A stretch of DNA of 46,908 nt from a virus (IMGVR_UViG_3300008255_000105); one strand, 5' to 3'. Counted from the stretch's first letter, positions 15,866 to 25,782 are shown. Program-made: numbers and translations. Notes: generated by a model not told the origin, from the sequence alone.

Positions 15866-16063
15866 ACAAAAAATGGGCGACTAGGACGCTTTCGGGGATT
15901 TGTCTGCATTAAGGTCACGTTGTCGCCCAAAGGAGAAGTTTGACTCAGTAGCGCAACGACAAACCGTTTGATGGTGGTATCCATCATCACAAGTCCCGGC
16001 TTTCCTGATACCCCTCATTTGAGGTTTTTTGGTCGAATGGTTTCCATTCATCCACTCAACCAA
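15866..16063 (-). ncRNA. Candidate structured leader RNA with alternative terminator-like pairing
   Basis: Follows extended -10 TGTGGTATAAT (16078-16068); stems 16029-16063 and 15922-15929/15874-15881 followed by U6. Confidence 0.45.
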
Positions 16064-16135
16064 AGATATTATACCACAAGTCTTCCAAAAACTCCTACTG
16101 GAATTAATGTATTTTTATGAATTAGATATTTTATT

Positions 16136-16486
16136 TTAATATCTTTTTGCAGTTGGTGGAGAAATCGGAATATTTTTTGGTAATTGTTGAATTTGTTTTT
16201 CTTTTTGTGGTTCCTGAAAATCTTGTTTTTTATTCAAAATATAATTAATCTTTTCTTTACTTGGCCAAACAATGCTAATTTCATTTTTATTGCACCAAGG
16301 CATCCCTGCCCATCCTGATGGGTCTGGCGATTTTTCTCCAAGAAAGACATGGATACCGATTATTTCTGCTCCATCAAGATCATATCTTCCTGTCCTAAAT
16401 TTATTATTTTCATGTTCAAATTCAATCCAATTGACATTATTTAAAATTTCATCCCAATTAGGATCTGTATATTTTTCTGTTATCAT
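16136..16486 (-). CDS. Hypothetical protein
   Basis: 116-aa ORF. Confidence 0.65.
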   Translation of the reverse strand: MITEKYTDPNWDEILNNVNWIEFEHENNKFRTGRYDLDGAEIIGIHVFLGEKSPDPSGWAGMPWCNKNEISIVWPSKEKINYILNKKQDFQEPQKEKQIQQLPKNIPISPPTAKRY

Positions 16487-16507
16487 ATTTTTAATCTTTC
16501 TTAATTT

Positions 16508-17518
16508 TTATTTTGGATTTATTACTTTATTCCCACCGAAATTAGAACCTCCGACACCTGTTTGCGTATCTCCTGGTAATTTTGTCCCTGTCCCTGGAAT
16601 TGGGCTTTGATTATATCTATCTCTGTCAGTTCCCAAGAATTGCCCTAACTGAATTGGATCATCCCAATATTTAATGTTCCCATTTTTATCAACTACAACA
16701 TGTGGTTTGCCATTATCATCATAAACAACCTTTGGAATCCCAGATCCCGGCATACCTAAACTACCAACAGCATCTGGTCCTAATCCTCTTGATTTTCCTT
16801 GTGCTGTCGGATACGCATATCCATAACCTTGCAACAATCCTGCTAACCAAGGTTGAGATTCAACTTTTGAAGTCGATAAAGATGGGGTTGCTAATGCTGG
16901 TGTTGGTTCTTTTAATTGTTTTGGAGATTTTTTCTTTCCTTTTTCTATTGACCACTCATCAGAATCTGGTTCAATAGCATAATAACTTGAATGGTCTCTT
17001 GGATTTTTAGCAGCATCTGGCATCATAACCTCAAGCTCTGGTGTTAATCCCTTTGTTTTCTTTAAAAGATCTGAAACAGCATCTCTCATTGTCCATTCTT
17101 TAATTAAATCCATTAAACCAATATCCCAAGCCCCTCTTCCAAATCCATATTTATCTGGGTGAAGAAAATTTATTCCACCAGAAACTGCATTTCCTACAGC
17201 GCCTTTTAAACCACCTCTTAAACTGAAATAAGGAGAAGTTGGTCTTGGACCTGTCAGTTTACCACCACCTTGAATATATGGATCTTCAAGAATTTCACTT
17301 CTATGATCCCACATGGGAATTTCTTGACCAGATGGCAAAACAGAATCACCTGATGCAAGTTTTTTTAGAGTTTTTCCTGATAGAACTTTTTTATATATCT
17401 TTTCACAAAGAATATTTATTTTGTCAGATGTCTCATGATCCCCATATGAATCAACATATTCTGAAAAATCTAAAACTTCTTTAAAATTATCAACAGTTTT
17501 TTGGTAAACATTTTTCAT
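16508..17518 (-). CDS. Hypothetical Gly/Pro-rich protein, possibly virion-associated
   Basis: Long ORF; ATG 17518 (track start TTG 17533). Confidence 0.7.
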   Translation of the reverse strand: MKNVYQKTVDNFKEVLDFSEYVDSYGDHETSDKINILCEKIYKKVLSGKTLKKLASGDSVLPSGQEIPMWDHRSEILEDPYIQGGGKLTGPRPTSPYFSLRGGLKGAVGNAVSGGINFLHPDKYGFGRGAWDIGLMDLIKEWTMRDAVSDLLKKTKGLTPELEVMMPDAAKNPRDHSSYYAIEPDSDEWSIEKGKKKSPKQLKEPTPALATPSLSTSKVESQPWLAGLLQGYGYAYPTAQGKSRGLGPDAVGSLGMPGSGIPKVVYDDNGKPHVVVDKNGNIKYWDDPIQLGQFLGTDRDRYNQSPIPGTGTKLPGDTQTGVGGSNFGGNKVINPK

Positions 17519-17589
17519 TTTATTTTTCCCCAACCTTGTAGGAATATTATTGATTAAAGATGAATATTCCTACAAGGTTGGTTTTAAAA

Positions 17590-18228
17590 ATGTCTAATAT
17601 AAGAAAAATAATAAAAATAGCAGAAGATTTTGATAAAAAAGGTGATTTTCAAAAAAGTGATGCTTTGATGAAGAAAATTGTTGAATCAAAAAAGAAAACA
17701 ACACCTGGAATAGATTATTCTGATATTAGATCTTGGAATCTTCCAGGATTCAACCCAACAACCAACCCATTAGCTAGAATTTTAAACTTAATTCGTGGAT
17801 TAACCCCTATTGATATTTCTACTCTATCTTCTACTTTTCCAATTTTAAATAGAAGATTTTGGAGAACACTTGAACAAAACCCAGAAATGATGAGAATGAT
17901 GGAAAGAGTTTTAGAAAATATGGCTATTTCAAATGATCAACAAGATGCTATTTGGCCAGGAATGAATGCTGCTGGGATATCTACTGGATTAAGAAGTAAA
18001 GAACAAGCAGAATCTGATGCTATGACTTTTGGTGGTGGAGAAGGTGATCCAAGATATAATTGGACTTCAATGGGAAGCCCAGATTTGATGTCCTTGGATT
18101 ATAGAGAAGATGAACAAAATGATATGGATAGATTAAGAACTGAAATGGAAATGAAATGGCCTCTTGGTCTTTCTAACCTGTTGGCAAGGCCAGGAGTTTT
18201 GACGGACAGAGCCGTTCCAGCAATGTAG
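17590..18228 (+). CDS. Hypothetical protein
   Basis: ORF 17560-18228; ATG 17590 plausible. Confidence 0.7.
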   Translation: MSNIRKIIKIAEDFDKKGDFQKSDALMKKIVESKKKTTPGIDYSDIRSWNLPGFNPTTNPLARILNLIRGLTPIDISTLSSTFPILNRRFWRTLEQNPEMMRMMERVLENMAISNDQQDAIWPGMNAAGISTGLRSKEQAESDAMTFGGGEGDPRYNWTSMGSPDLMSLDYREDEQNDMDRLRTEMEMKWPLGLSNLLARPGVLTDRAVPAM

Positions 18229-18311
18229 CCTCAAAGTTATTCCAAGCCAACTAACCAACACCATCTATTAGGGTCCAAATTTTAGGACTCGAATCGCTAG
18301 GTTTAGGTTTT

Positions 18312-18322
18312 TGTGGTATAAT
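18312..18322 (+). promoter_or_regulatory. Extended -10 promoter
   Basis: TGTGGTATAAT upstream of the 18374 ATG. Confidence 0.7.
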
Positions 18323-18332
18323 CAAATTCATC

Positions 18333-18366
18333 CTTCCAGCCCATGAAAGCTTCCAGCCCATGAAAG
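18333..18366 (+). repeat. 17-bp perfect tandem duplication in the 5' leader
   Basis: CTTCCAGCCCATGAAAG x2. Confidence 0.9.
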
Positions 18367-18373
18367 AAAATAA

Positions 18374-19069
18374 ATGAAAAATTTTGAAAAAATCAAGAAA
18401 AACGAGACCAATAAATCATTCCCATCAGAGGTTTTAGAATTAACAAAAAATGATTTAAATATTTTGATGGAACAAAACAATTTGAAAGAAATTATTATGC
18501 CTTCCGAAGATATCAGAGAAGATATCGCTTGGAAAGAAAATAATGGTTTAATTATTCCATCACATAAAGATAACTATCTTTCTTGGCCAAGAGAAACTGA
18601 TGAGAAAGAATTAACTATAACTTTTCATTTAAAAAGAGCTAATGAAAGAGAAGAATATTGGGGATGCTTAAAACATTCTGATGAATTTGGTCCTGCTGTT
18701 TATTTTGAAAATGTTCTAGAAGATTCCCTTCAATGGATGACAATTAATTTAATTCCTGATTTTTCTATTGAAATGGAAATTTATAAAGAGATTCAATCTT
18801 TCATAAAAAACAACATCATGAAAGATTGTATTCATTTTGTAGATCAATTAGAAATTGGTTCAAGGATTGTTGAATATACAATTAAAATTGAAGGAATGGC
18901 TTATACTTATTTAGACATGGGATTAAAAGAAAATCTTTCTAGATATATAGAAAGATTTTTTGCAAAAATGAAAGCACTATCTCTTCAAATCATTTTAAGA
19001 AATGCTATTTCTTATTTAGAATTAGATTTTGATAGAGATGTTTTAGAATACATCCCCGAATTTAACTAA
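18374..19069 (+). CDS. Hypothetical protein
   Basis: 231-aa ORF. Confidence 0.75.
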   Translation: MKNFEKIKKNETNKSFPSEVLELTKNDLNILMEQNNLKEIIMPSEDIREDIAWKENNGLIIPSHKDNYLSWPRETDEKELTITFHLKRANEREEYWGCLKHSDEFGPAVYFENVLEDSLQWMTINLIPDFSIEMEIYKEIQSFIKNNIMKDCIHFVDQLEIGSRIVEYTIKIEGMAYTYLDMGLKENLSRYIERFFAKMKALSLQIILRNAISYLELDFDRDVLEYIPEFN

Positions 19070-19883
19070 TTACTGAAAATCCTAGTGTTTGAAGATAGGT
19101 ATCAATTGTTTGCCAATCTGGATATTCAGGCTGAACAGAAACTTCTGCATTTGTTCTCAATGTAGCAAGTTCTATGTTTACTAGCATTTGATCCCACTCA
19201 TTTCTTAAAACATTAAAAATTTTTCCATATCCGTTCTTTTTCATTAATTCTAAATCTCCATCATAATCGATTATAGCTTTTGATGTTGATTTTGTACCCC
19301 AACCTTTTAACCCTTTGATATTGTCAGATTTATCACCAACTAATGCTTTGTAGATAGGAAAGTGTTTTGGTTTAAACCCATATTGATCAATAAACCAAGC
19401 TAAATCAATATCTATAATTCTTCCATTTTTACCATATCTGATAATTGAAACACCTTCTCTAATTGCCCCTTCAAGATCTTTATCATTTGTGAAGATATAA
19501 CAATCATTCTCTGTCGCATAACTTGCTATTAAATCATCCGCTTCATATCCTTCTACTTGCCAAATTGGCATATTCCCAACTTTTAACATTTGAACAACAT
19601 CAATCCATTGTTGTGAAAAAGATTCATCTTCTATCTGAACTCTATTCGCTTTATAGTTAGAGTCTATGTCTTTCCTAGTCGGCCTGCCACCCTCAAAAAC
19701 AAAAATTAATTTAAAATCACTACTATTTGTTAAAGCATCGTATTTACTAACACGCCTAATCATTTTTTGAAATAAAAATGTTGTTCCAGTTTGTTTGTTG
19801 TTATATGACAAATTAGGTGCAACATAATAAGCTCGATAAAAAACATTTGCAAAATCGATTAAGATAGGTCTTGTTCTTTCCAT
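19062..19883 (-). CDS. 5'-3' exonuclease / flap endonuclease (Pol I N-terminal, T4 RNase H-like)
   Basis: ILIDFANVFYRAYY, YKANR, GYEADDLIA, TNDKDL, ALVGDKSDNIKG. Confidence 0.92.
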   Translation of the reverse strand: MERTRPILIDFANVFYRAYYVAPNLSYNNKQTGTTFLFQKMIRRVSKYDALTNSSDFKLIFVFEGGRPTRKDIDSNYKANRVQIEDESFSQQWIDVVQMLKVGNMPIWQVEGYEADDLIASYATENDCYIFTNDKDLEGAIREGVSIIRYGKNGRIIDIDLAWFIDQYGFKPKHFPIYKALVGDKSDNIKGLKGWGTKSTSKAIIDYDGDLELMKKNGYGKIFNVLRNEWDQMLVNIELATLRTNAEVSVQPEYPDWQTIDTYLQTLGFSVIS

Positions 19884-20053
19884 AGAAATATCTTCCTTCT
19901 CTTCCTTGACACTGATGGTAGAACCATCGCAGTGTGAGTATACTCCCCATCGAGAACACCCAAAAATATTTTTGGGTAAATATAAAAAAAGGAAGGTAAT
20001 ATCAATATGAAAAAAGAATATTTTAACAAAGCTATTCTTTTGGGAGTATATTA

Positions 20054-20563
20054 ATGTCTGATAGAAAAAATTTGTTATTTTTAGGAGATGACAATTTGCA
20101 CAGCGAAAAGGTAATAGAAGCTTTAACTAAATCTTCTGGTTTAGAATTTGAAGTTTTTTTAGAAAAAGATTATTGCTCTGGTCTCGACAAAGCTGCATCA
20201 AATAAATTTAATCTTATCATAGTAGATTGTAAATTTAATAGCCATGGTGGAATTAAATTCATAGAAGAAGCAAGATTAAATGGATGTGATATCCCAATTA
20301 TTATCTTTATTGATGAAGAAAATAAAAAAGATTCTATTAGAATAGAAAAATCAGCATTTGATGCTGGGGCGGCCAATTCATTAACCCCACAAAACATTAA
20401 AGATGAATTTACCCATGATATAATAAATTTTTCGATTGAAACAAATACTTTTTTATCAAAATCAGAACAAAGTTATTTAGTTAATAGATTAAAAGATAAA
20501 TCTCCAAAAAATGATGATTTTAATAAAAATCTTGCTGATGTTTTTTCAGTTAAGTTAGTCTAA
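20054..20563 (+). CDS. Orphan response-regulator receiver-domain protein (atypical)
   Basis: LLFLGDD, LIIVD, DIPIIIF, GAANSL; conserved Lys of the KP motif absent. Confidence 0.7.
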   Translation: MSDRKNLLFLGDDNLHSEKVIEALTKSSGLEFEVFLEKDYCSGLDKAASNKFNLIIVDCKFNSHGGIKFIEEARLNGCDIPIIIFIDEENKKDSIRIEKSAFDAGAANSLTPQNIKDEFTHDIINFSIETNTFLSKSEQSYLVNRLKDKSPKNDDFNKNLADVFSVKLV

Positions 20564-20597
20564 TCAAATCTACTAAAAAAAGAAAGAGAGTATTGAT

Positions 20598-21215
20598 GTG
20601 AGGATTTTGTGTTTTTCGGATGTCCATGAAAATTTTGAGAAAATGTTTGAATTGATTTCAAATTCTAAAGCAGATTTAATTCTATTTTGTGGTGATTTGT
20701 GCTTAAATGGTGGCAAGCAAGAGTCTGTTAGTTTTTCAACACATGATTTACTCTCACAAATTTCTATCCCATTTTTTTGGGTCCATGGCAACCACGATGA
20801 CAACAACTACCTGTCTTCTCAAAAACCTAAAAATCTAATCAAACCAGGAAAAATAGTCGATTTTAACGGATTGAAAATAGCAGGTCTTGGTGGGAATTTT
20901 TCACCAAAGAAATTCGACATCAAAAGAAACATAATTGAAACAAGATTTTATCATTTCATCCTAAAAGAAGATATTGAAAAATTTAAAGAATCAAATATAG
21001 ATATCTTTCTTTCTCACGATTCACCAAAAGCTTTGAGAAAAGAAGGTTGTTGTTTGCTTGATGATTTGATCAAAAAAATGCATCCAAAACTGTGCCTTTC
21101 TGGTCATCATCATCAATTCAAGACACTTGAGAAAGATGGTGTTATTTATCTTTCTCTCCCTGCTGTTGTTGATGGTGGGGCAATTTTAATGGATGAAAAT
21201 TTAGAAATAATCTAA
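20598..21215 (+). CDS. Calcineurin-like metallophosphoesterase
   Basis: SDVH, GDL, GNHD, SHDSP, GHHH. Confidence 0.9.
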   Translation: MRILCFSDVHENFEKMFELISNSKADLILFCGDLCLNGGKQESVSFSTHDLLSQISIPFFWVHGNHDDNNYLSSQKPKNLIKPGKIVDFNGLKIAGLGGNFSPKKFDIKRNIIETRFYHFILKEDIEKFKESNIDIFLSHDSPKALRKEGCCLLDDLIKKMHPKLCLSGHHHQFKTLEKDGVIYLSLPAVVDGGAILMDENLEII

Positions 21216-21310
21216 AATTAGCCAAGAATTCTTGCAACAGAAAAAACTCCACTTTTATTTAGATCTATGATTTTTGCCATTGAAGCTCTCCAGTTTTATT
21301 TTGATTAATC

Positions 21311-21550
21311 CTAACCAGTTGTGTTAAACAAATCGCTTCCTTCTGGTTCTTTAATCAATGCAATCTTCTCTGCAACTCTTGTTTGCAATGTGTCATCAAC
21401 TTCTGAAAGAAGTTGTTTCCTTTCTGAATCGAGGACACAATTTCTGATTGCCTCAACAGCATAAACAACTGTTTGAGTTAAATACGAATCATCAACATAA
21501 AACTCATAAAGCTCAACATCTTCTGCTGTTAAAATCTTAATCTTTGCCAT
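21311..21550 (-). CDS. Hypothetical protein
   Basis: 79-aa ORF, AGGAG RBS. Confidence 0.7.
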   Translation of the reverse strand: MAKIKILTAEDVELYEFYVDDSYLTQTVVYAVEAIRNCVLDSERKQLLSEVDDTLQTRVAEKIALIKEPEGSDLFNTTG

Positions 21551-21583
21551 TTTATCTCCTCTTTGTGTTGGTATTTAAATTAA

Positions 21584-21907
21584 TTAAATTGCAATCAGTT
21601 TCAATAAAATACTTATTATACCAATTCCAATTCCTATGATAGATAAGAGCAGTGCTAAACTGTCTTTTTTATTCTTGTAAAGACTATCTAATTTTAGATC
21701 AACTTCATTTTTTGTGGCATAGGTCTGCGTAGCATCACGAAGACTTTCTCTGAATTCGTTCATCGAGTCCAGGCGTTTTTCCATTACAGCGTTTGCAACA
21801 TAGACAGCTTTGTTCATTGCTTCCAAACGAGACTCCATATATTCTTTTAGAGAAATATTATTTTCATTTTTTTTATTTTTTTCTGTCAATATTTTAATCT
21901 TTGCCAT
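21584..21907 (-). CDS. Coiled-coil protein with C-terminal TM anchor
   Basis: Helical body then LALLLSIIGIGIGIISILL. Confidence 0.7.
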   Translation of the reverse strand: MAKIKILTEKNKKNENNISLKEYMESRLEAMNKAVYVANAVMEKRLDSMNEFRESLRDATQTYATKNEVDLKLDSLYKNKKDSLALLLSIIGIGIGIISILLKLIAI

Positions 21908-21927
21908 TTTATCTCCTTTTAGATAAT

Positions 21928-23187
21928 TTAGACAATACTTGTAACAATCCCGTTTGTGACAGTAACCGTCTTGCCATCGACTGTTGTAAATGTTCCAGAA
22001 ACGCCGGCTGTTGCCCCAACTGAAAAATTATCTGCCGAGAATCCGTCATCTGTTTTGAGGGTGTTTGAGGCAGAACGGTATAGGTTGGTATCATAACCAC
22101 CAGCACCATCTCCGAATTCAATTCCAGATGAACCATAATACACTTTTAATTTACCAAGTCGATCAATTCTGATTTTCTCAACTGCATCTGTTGCAGATGC
22201 AGTTGAGAAAATCAAATCAATCCAGTTAGCGCCATCGACACCTGATTGAATAGCATGAATACTTGCTTTGCGATTACTTGCCGCTGATGGTTGAAAAAGA
22301 ATGCCAGTAGCTGTACCTGCATTGGAACTCGAATTTATCAAGTTTATTAGATTCGTTTGTACCCCGACACTGGTATTGGTAAGAGTCGCCAACGAGGCGC
22401 TTAGTGTTGAAGCAGAAAATCCGTCATCTGTTTTAAGTACATTTGCGGCACTACGATAAAGATTAGTATCACCACTTATTCCAAATGTGATTCCACCAGC
22501 AGCAGTGGTTGGATTAGTTGCGTTACAAAGCCACATTGTATATGTAGAAGAGGCACTGATTGCAAAACCATAGTTGCTTGACCCTTTGGTTTGTGCATCA
22601 ATCATCATCCCATATTGTGCAGTTATTTCCGAACCAGCACCTTTAGTTTCAATGTCCAGAATCCTCAAACCAATTAAACTTTCTGACGTAAAAACGGAAG
22701 CCGCAGTAGAAGGAGGCTTAACAATTATACCATAACTGTCAGAAGTTGCTGTTGCTGGAATGGTATAAACATTGTAAGCACCACACAACGATGTGCCAGT
22801 TGAAGGATGAATCCCACCGATATTAAAGAGATAAGAACTATTTATAGTTGTGTTGATAGCAGATTGTAGCCCAGCAATAAACCCATCATCTGTTTTTAGT
22901 GTGTTTTCAGCAGAACGATAAAGATTGACATCTGCACCGAAAAGAATTCCACCAACTTCTGTCCCTGATGTTGAGGAAAGATTCAAAGCAGAGGCAGAAC
23001 CAGCAGCAAGGATTAATCCATTAGTTGTGTCAAAAGTTAGATTCGCAGAATCAACAAATAGTCCACCTGTTGAAACATATGGAATTCTTGTAGAAGTTAA
23101 GTTAGAAACTGTTAAATCACCAATGATTTCAACACCATCTGATCTTTCTATAATTTTTGATCTTTTAATTGTTGGATATGTAGGCAT
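21928..23187 (-). CDS. Tail-fibre/receptor-binding-like structural protein
   Basis: Gly/Ser/Thr-rich beta composition, three D(V/T)NLYRSAxNxLKTDDGF repeats, terminal GKTVTVTNGIVTSIV. Confidence 0.65.
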   Translation of the reverse strand: MPTYPTIKRSKIIERSDGVEIIGDLTVSNLTSTRIPYVSTGGLFVDSANLTFDTTNGLILAAGSASALNLSSTSGTEVGGILFGADVNLYRSAENTLKTDDGFIAGLQSAINTTINSSYLFNIGGIHPSTGTSLCGAYNVYTIPATATSDSYGIIVKPPSTAASVFTSESLIGLRILDIETKGAGSEITAQYGMMIDAQTKGSSNYGFAISASSTYTMWLCNATNPTTAAGGITFGISGDTNLYRSAANVLKTDDGFSASTLSASLATLTNTSVGVQTNLINLINSSSNAGTATGILFQPSAASNRKASIHAIQSGVDGANWIDLIFSTASATDAVEKIRIDRLGKLKVYYGSSGIEFGDGAGGYDTNLYRSASNTLKTDDGFSADNFSVGATAGVSGTFTTVDGKTVTVTNGIVTSIV

Positions 23188-23196
23188 GAAATTTCC

Positions 23197-24171
23197 TTAG
23201 CTAATTGCATTAATTAATGGAAGAATTCTTACAGCATAAAATGTTGGTGGTGTTGAAATATCATCAATCCCAATTCTAATCCATTTTCTAGGTGTATCAT
23301 CAAGTGGTGTTCCTGTTGTTATAGGATTCCCTCTTGTCGCCCAATCAGAAGGTGGAGAGAAAGAGATAACCCCAGGATGCGAAAACGGATAAGAATCACC
23401 AGAAGAAACAGCGTCGGTGTTATCTTGAACAGTTAATGTCCCCCATGTTGCATCGTTTTTTAGATACTCAACTGTTAAATCTGTTTGTGTCGAATTTGCT
23501 GTCGCAACATCAAAGAACATTTTGTTAAATGTTCTCCAAGCACCAATATAAAAATATTGATCCCCGCTTGCTTCGGTTACTAAATAAAATTCAGCATTTG
23601 CTGTTCTTGCATAAAGATGATTTCTACATTCACCGCCGAAATTGGTCCATGTTTCTGCTGAAACATCATTTCTCCAAAAAGCCTTCCATGTGTCGGGGTT
23701 ATGGTCGTGGTTGAAATAATTATCATAATCTTCTATGCTCTGGCCCCAAGCTCTAATTGTGAAGGTAGTTGCATCTGAGACACCAGCTTCTGCTTCTAGA
23801 TAAAGATGAAAACAATTTCCTAATGTCCCATCTTCATAGTAAAACCCATCATCATAAAAAATCTCATCGACTTTCCATGTTGGAGAAGGAGAACCGACAC
23901 CAGTATCATTGTTTGTTGCAACTAAAACCTCAAGTTCATCATCTGGGGGTGTGGCAGCACGATACGCCCCTGGATTTTTAATTATTTTCCAATCAATAGG
24001 CCCAGAGACGCCATTTGTATCAGCAATTATTTGAAGTCTTTTCAGATATGCTTTATTTGACCAGCCACGGAATGAAGCAAAAACATAATTCCCGTCAACG
24101 TTCCCAAGCTCTAATGAATTGCCTTCTATATACAAATCACATTTATTATTTACTGTTGAATATCTTGGCAT
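23197..24171 (-). CDS. Putative virion structural protein
   Basis: Beta-rich acidic ORF adjacent to the fibre-like gene; similar MPxYxT start. Confidence 0.55.
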   Translation of the reverse strand: MPRYSTVNNKCDLYIEGNSLELGNVDGNYVFASFRGWSNKAYLKRLQIIADTNGVSGPIDWKIIKNPGAYRAATPPDDELEVLVATNNDTGVGSPSPTWKVDEIFYDDGFYYEDGTLGNCFHLYLEAEAGVSDATTFTIRAWGQSIEDYDNYFNHDHNPDTWKAFWRNDVSAETWTNFGGECRNHLYARTANAEFYLVTEASGDQYFYIGAWRTFNKMFFDVATANSTQTDLTVEYLKNDATWGTLTVQDNTDAVSSGDSYPFSHPGVISFSPPSDWATRGNPITTGTPLDDTPRKWIRIGIDDISTPPTFYAVRILPLINAIS

Positions 24172-24239
24172 TACAAAGTCCTCCTAAAGTTATTTAACAT
24201 CTTCTAGGAGGACTTTAACTTTTCCTACTTTTTGATCTT

Positions 24240-24974
24240 TTATATTTTTGAACTTGTTTTTAACATTAAATCTGTTATATCAAAATCCTTTTGTTCCAAT
24301 TCTTGCTCAATTTCTGGTTTTTTGATGTTAGATCCATTAAAAGAAGTCATAACAAAGATAACTTCACCATATTTATCTAATCCAGCTTTAGCATTAACTG
24401 GATCAATTAAATCTCCACGGACATAGATACAAGAACCATGAACAAATTCTTTGAGCTTTGCAATTGGATGGGAGGCATCCAAGCGAATTGCTGATGGGAA
24501 TGGGTTTTCACTTTGAAGCAGATTCTCTTTTAATTCTTCTAAAAGAATTGAATCTGATAAATTATTTATTTTTTCATTATTTTTAAAATCGTCTTCGATT
24601 TCAACGTCTTCTTCAAATTTAACATCTTCTCCAAAATCATTTAAAATTTCTTTTAGATTGACGCCATATCCACGACTAATTAAAATACCAAAAACACACC
24701 AATTTATCATATCTTTAAATTCAGATTCTATTCCCTCGGCTACTTTTGATTTTTTACCAGATTGTTTAAGCTCAATTAGTCTTTCAACTCTTAAACATCT
24801 TTCTTCAAGTTCGTCTCGAATTGTTGCTACTTTTCTTCTTCTCCAAGAATTCCAGTAGTCGCTATTTTTTGAGTAAAAAACCTGCCTAGCTTCATCAATT
24901 ACATCTTCCCAAAGCTTGTGTGCAGGTGTGATTTCTATATCATCTGGTATATCGACAGTTATTGTGTACTCCAT
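24240..24974 (-). CDS. DUF1599-like (nucleotide-modification-associated) domain protein
   Basis: FYSKNSDYWNSW ... EFKDMINWCVFGIL resembles KNxDYGxSW ... DhhNY. Confidence 0.55.
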   Translation of the reverse strand: MEYTITVDIPDDIEITPAHKLWEDVIDEARQVFYSKNSDYWNSWRRRKVATIRDELEERCLRVERLIELKQSGKKSKVAEGIESEFKDMINWCVFGILISRGYGVNLKEILNDFGEDVKFEEDVEIEDDFKNNEKINNLSDSILLEELKENLLQSENPFPSAIRLDASHPIAKLKEFVHGSCIYVRGDLIDPVNAKAGLDKYGEVIFVMTSFNGSNIKKPEIEQELEQKDFDITDLMLKTSSKI

Positions 24975-25011
24975 CTAAATCTCCTTTCCCAATATTATAC
25001 ACAATTTTGAA

Positions 25012-25782
25012 TCATTCAAGCGATAAACAGTAAATAGCCTCCATCATTCTGTCTTCACATAAAAACTCATCATAAATGTCCGAGATTTTTCCTAATTCAT
25101 CTGCTCTTGAAAGTAGAACAGCACCGACTCTAACATTCCTTGAGCTATCTGGAAACAAATTCTTCATAAAATCTTGAAATGTCATTTCAAGTGGATTAAA
25201 CCCAAGTTCATCTGCTTTATATAAAATAGATTCTGCTTCATTGGCCCCTCTTGTAGTTGAAAAATCCACATGCAACATTGCGTGGACAAGAGAATGCCAC
25301 CTAACCATTAATCTTATTTCTTCTCTTGAAAGGTCGTCTTTGATGCCTATTTTATCTAGAATTGGGAATAAATATTCTTTGCTACCACCAACTATTTCAT
25401 GTCCATGCCAACCATGTTGAAGAACAATATCAATGGGAAGCTTTTGTTTACATTGATAACAATGTGTATTTCTATGTGAATTTGGCCTATAACATCTTTC
25501 GCAAATTTTTCTATATTTTTCTGTTATTGTGTCTGGTTTAGCAATATCATGGAGTTTTACTCCCCAATGAGTTACTTTTTTAGCATGATCATCTAAAAAT
25601 TCAGAAAAATTTGGCAAAGACTCTGTAAATTCATCATACACCATGTTGATATGATCCCACATGGTTTCAAGATGATATTGAGAAAGAGTCTTTATTGGTT
25701 CATCTTTTTCATCAAAAAAATGTTTAAAAATAGTTCCCTTCAACTCCTCGATAGAAGAATCAAACCTTGGTTCGCTGTCCAT
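25012..25782 (-). CDS. HD-domain phosphohydrolase with Zn-ribbon insert
   Basis: VKLHDIAKP, HGHEIVG, VRWH, RADELG; CERC...CYQC insert. Confidence 0.75.
   Translation of the reverse strand: MDSEPRFDSSIEELKGTIFKHFFDEKDEPIKTLSQYHLETMWDHINMVYDEFTESLPNFSEFLDDHAKKVTHWGVKLHDIAKPDTITEKYRKICERCYRPNSHRNTHCYQCKQKLPIDIVLQHGWHGHEIVGGSKEYLFPILDKIGIKDDLSREEIRLMVRWHSLVHAMLHVDFSTTRGANEAESILYKADELGFNPLEMTFQDFMKNLFPDSSRNVRVGAVLLSRADELGKISDIYDEFLCEDRMMEAIYCLSLE

Noticed and set aside
15963-16010. Group II intron domain V (AGCCG...CGGTT) or SAM-I aptamer
   Set aside because: Helix lengths, bulge position and loop do not fit DV; SAM-I lacks the GGCCC pseudoknot and GCAACC elements
19908-19946. TTGACA...TATACT promoter on + with a hairpin in the spacer
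   Set aside because: Spacer is 27 bp; the hairpin is more simply a leader structure of the exonuclease gene
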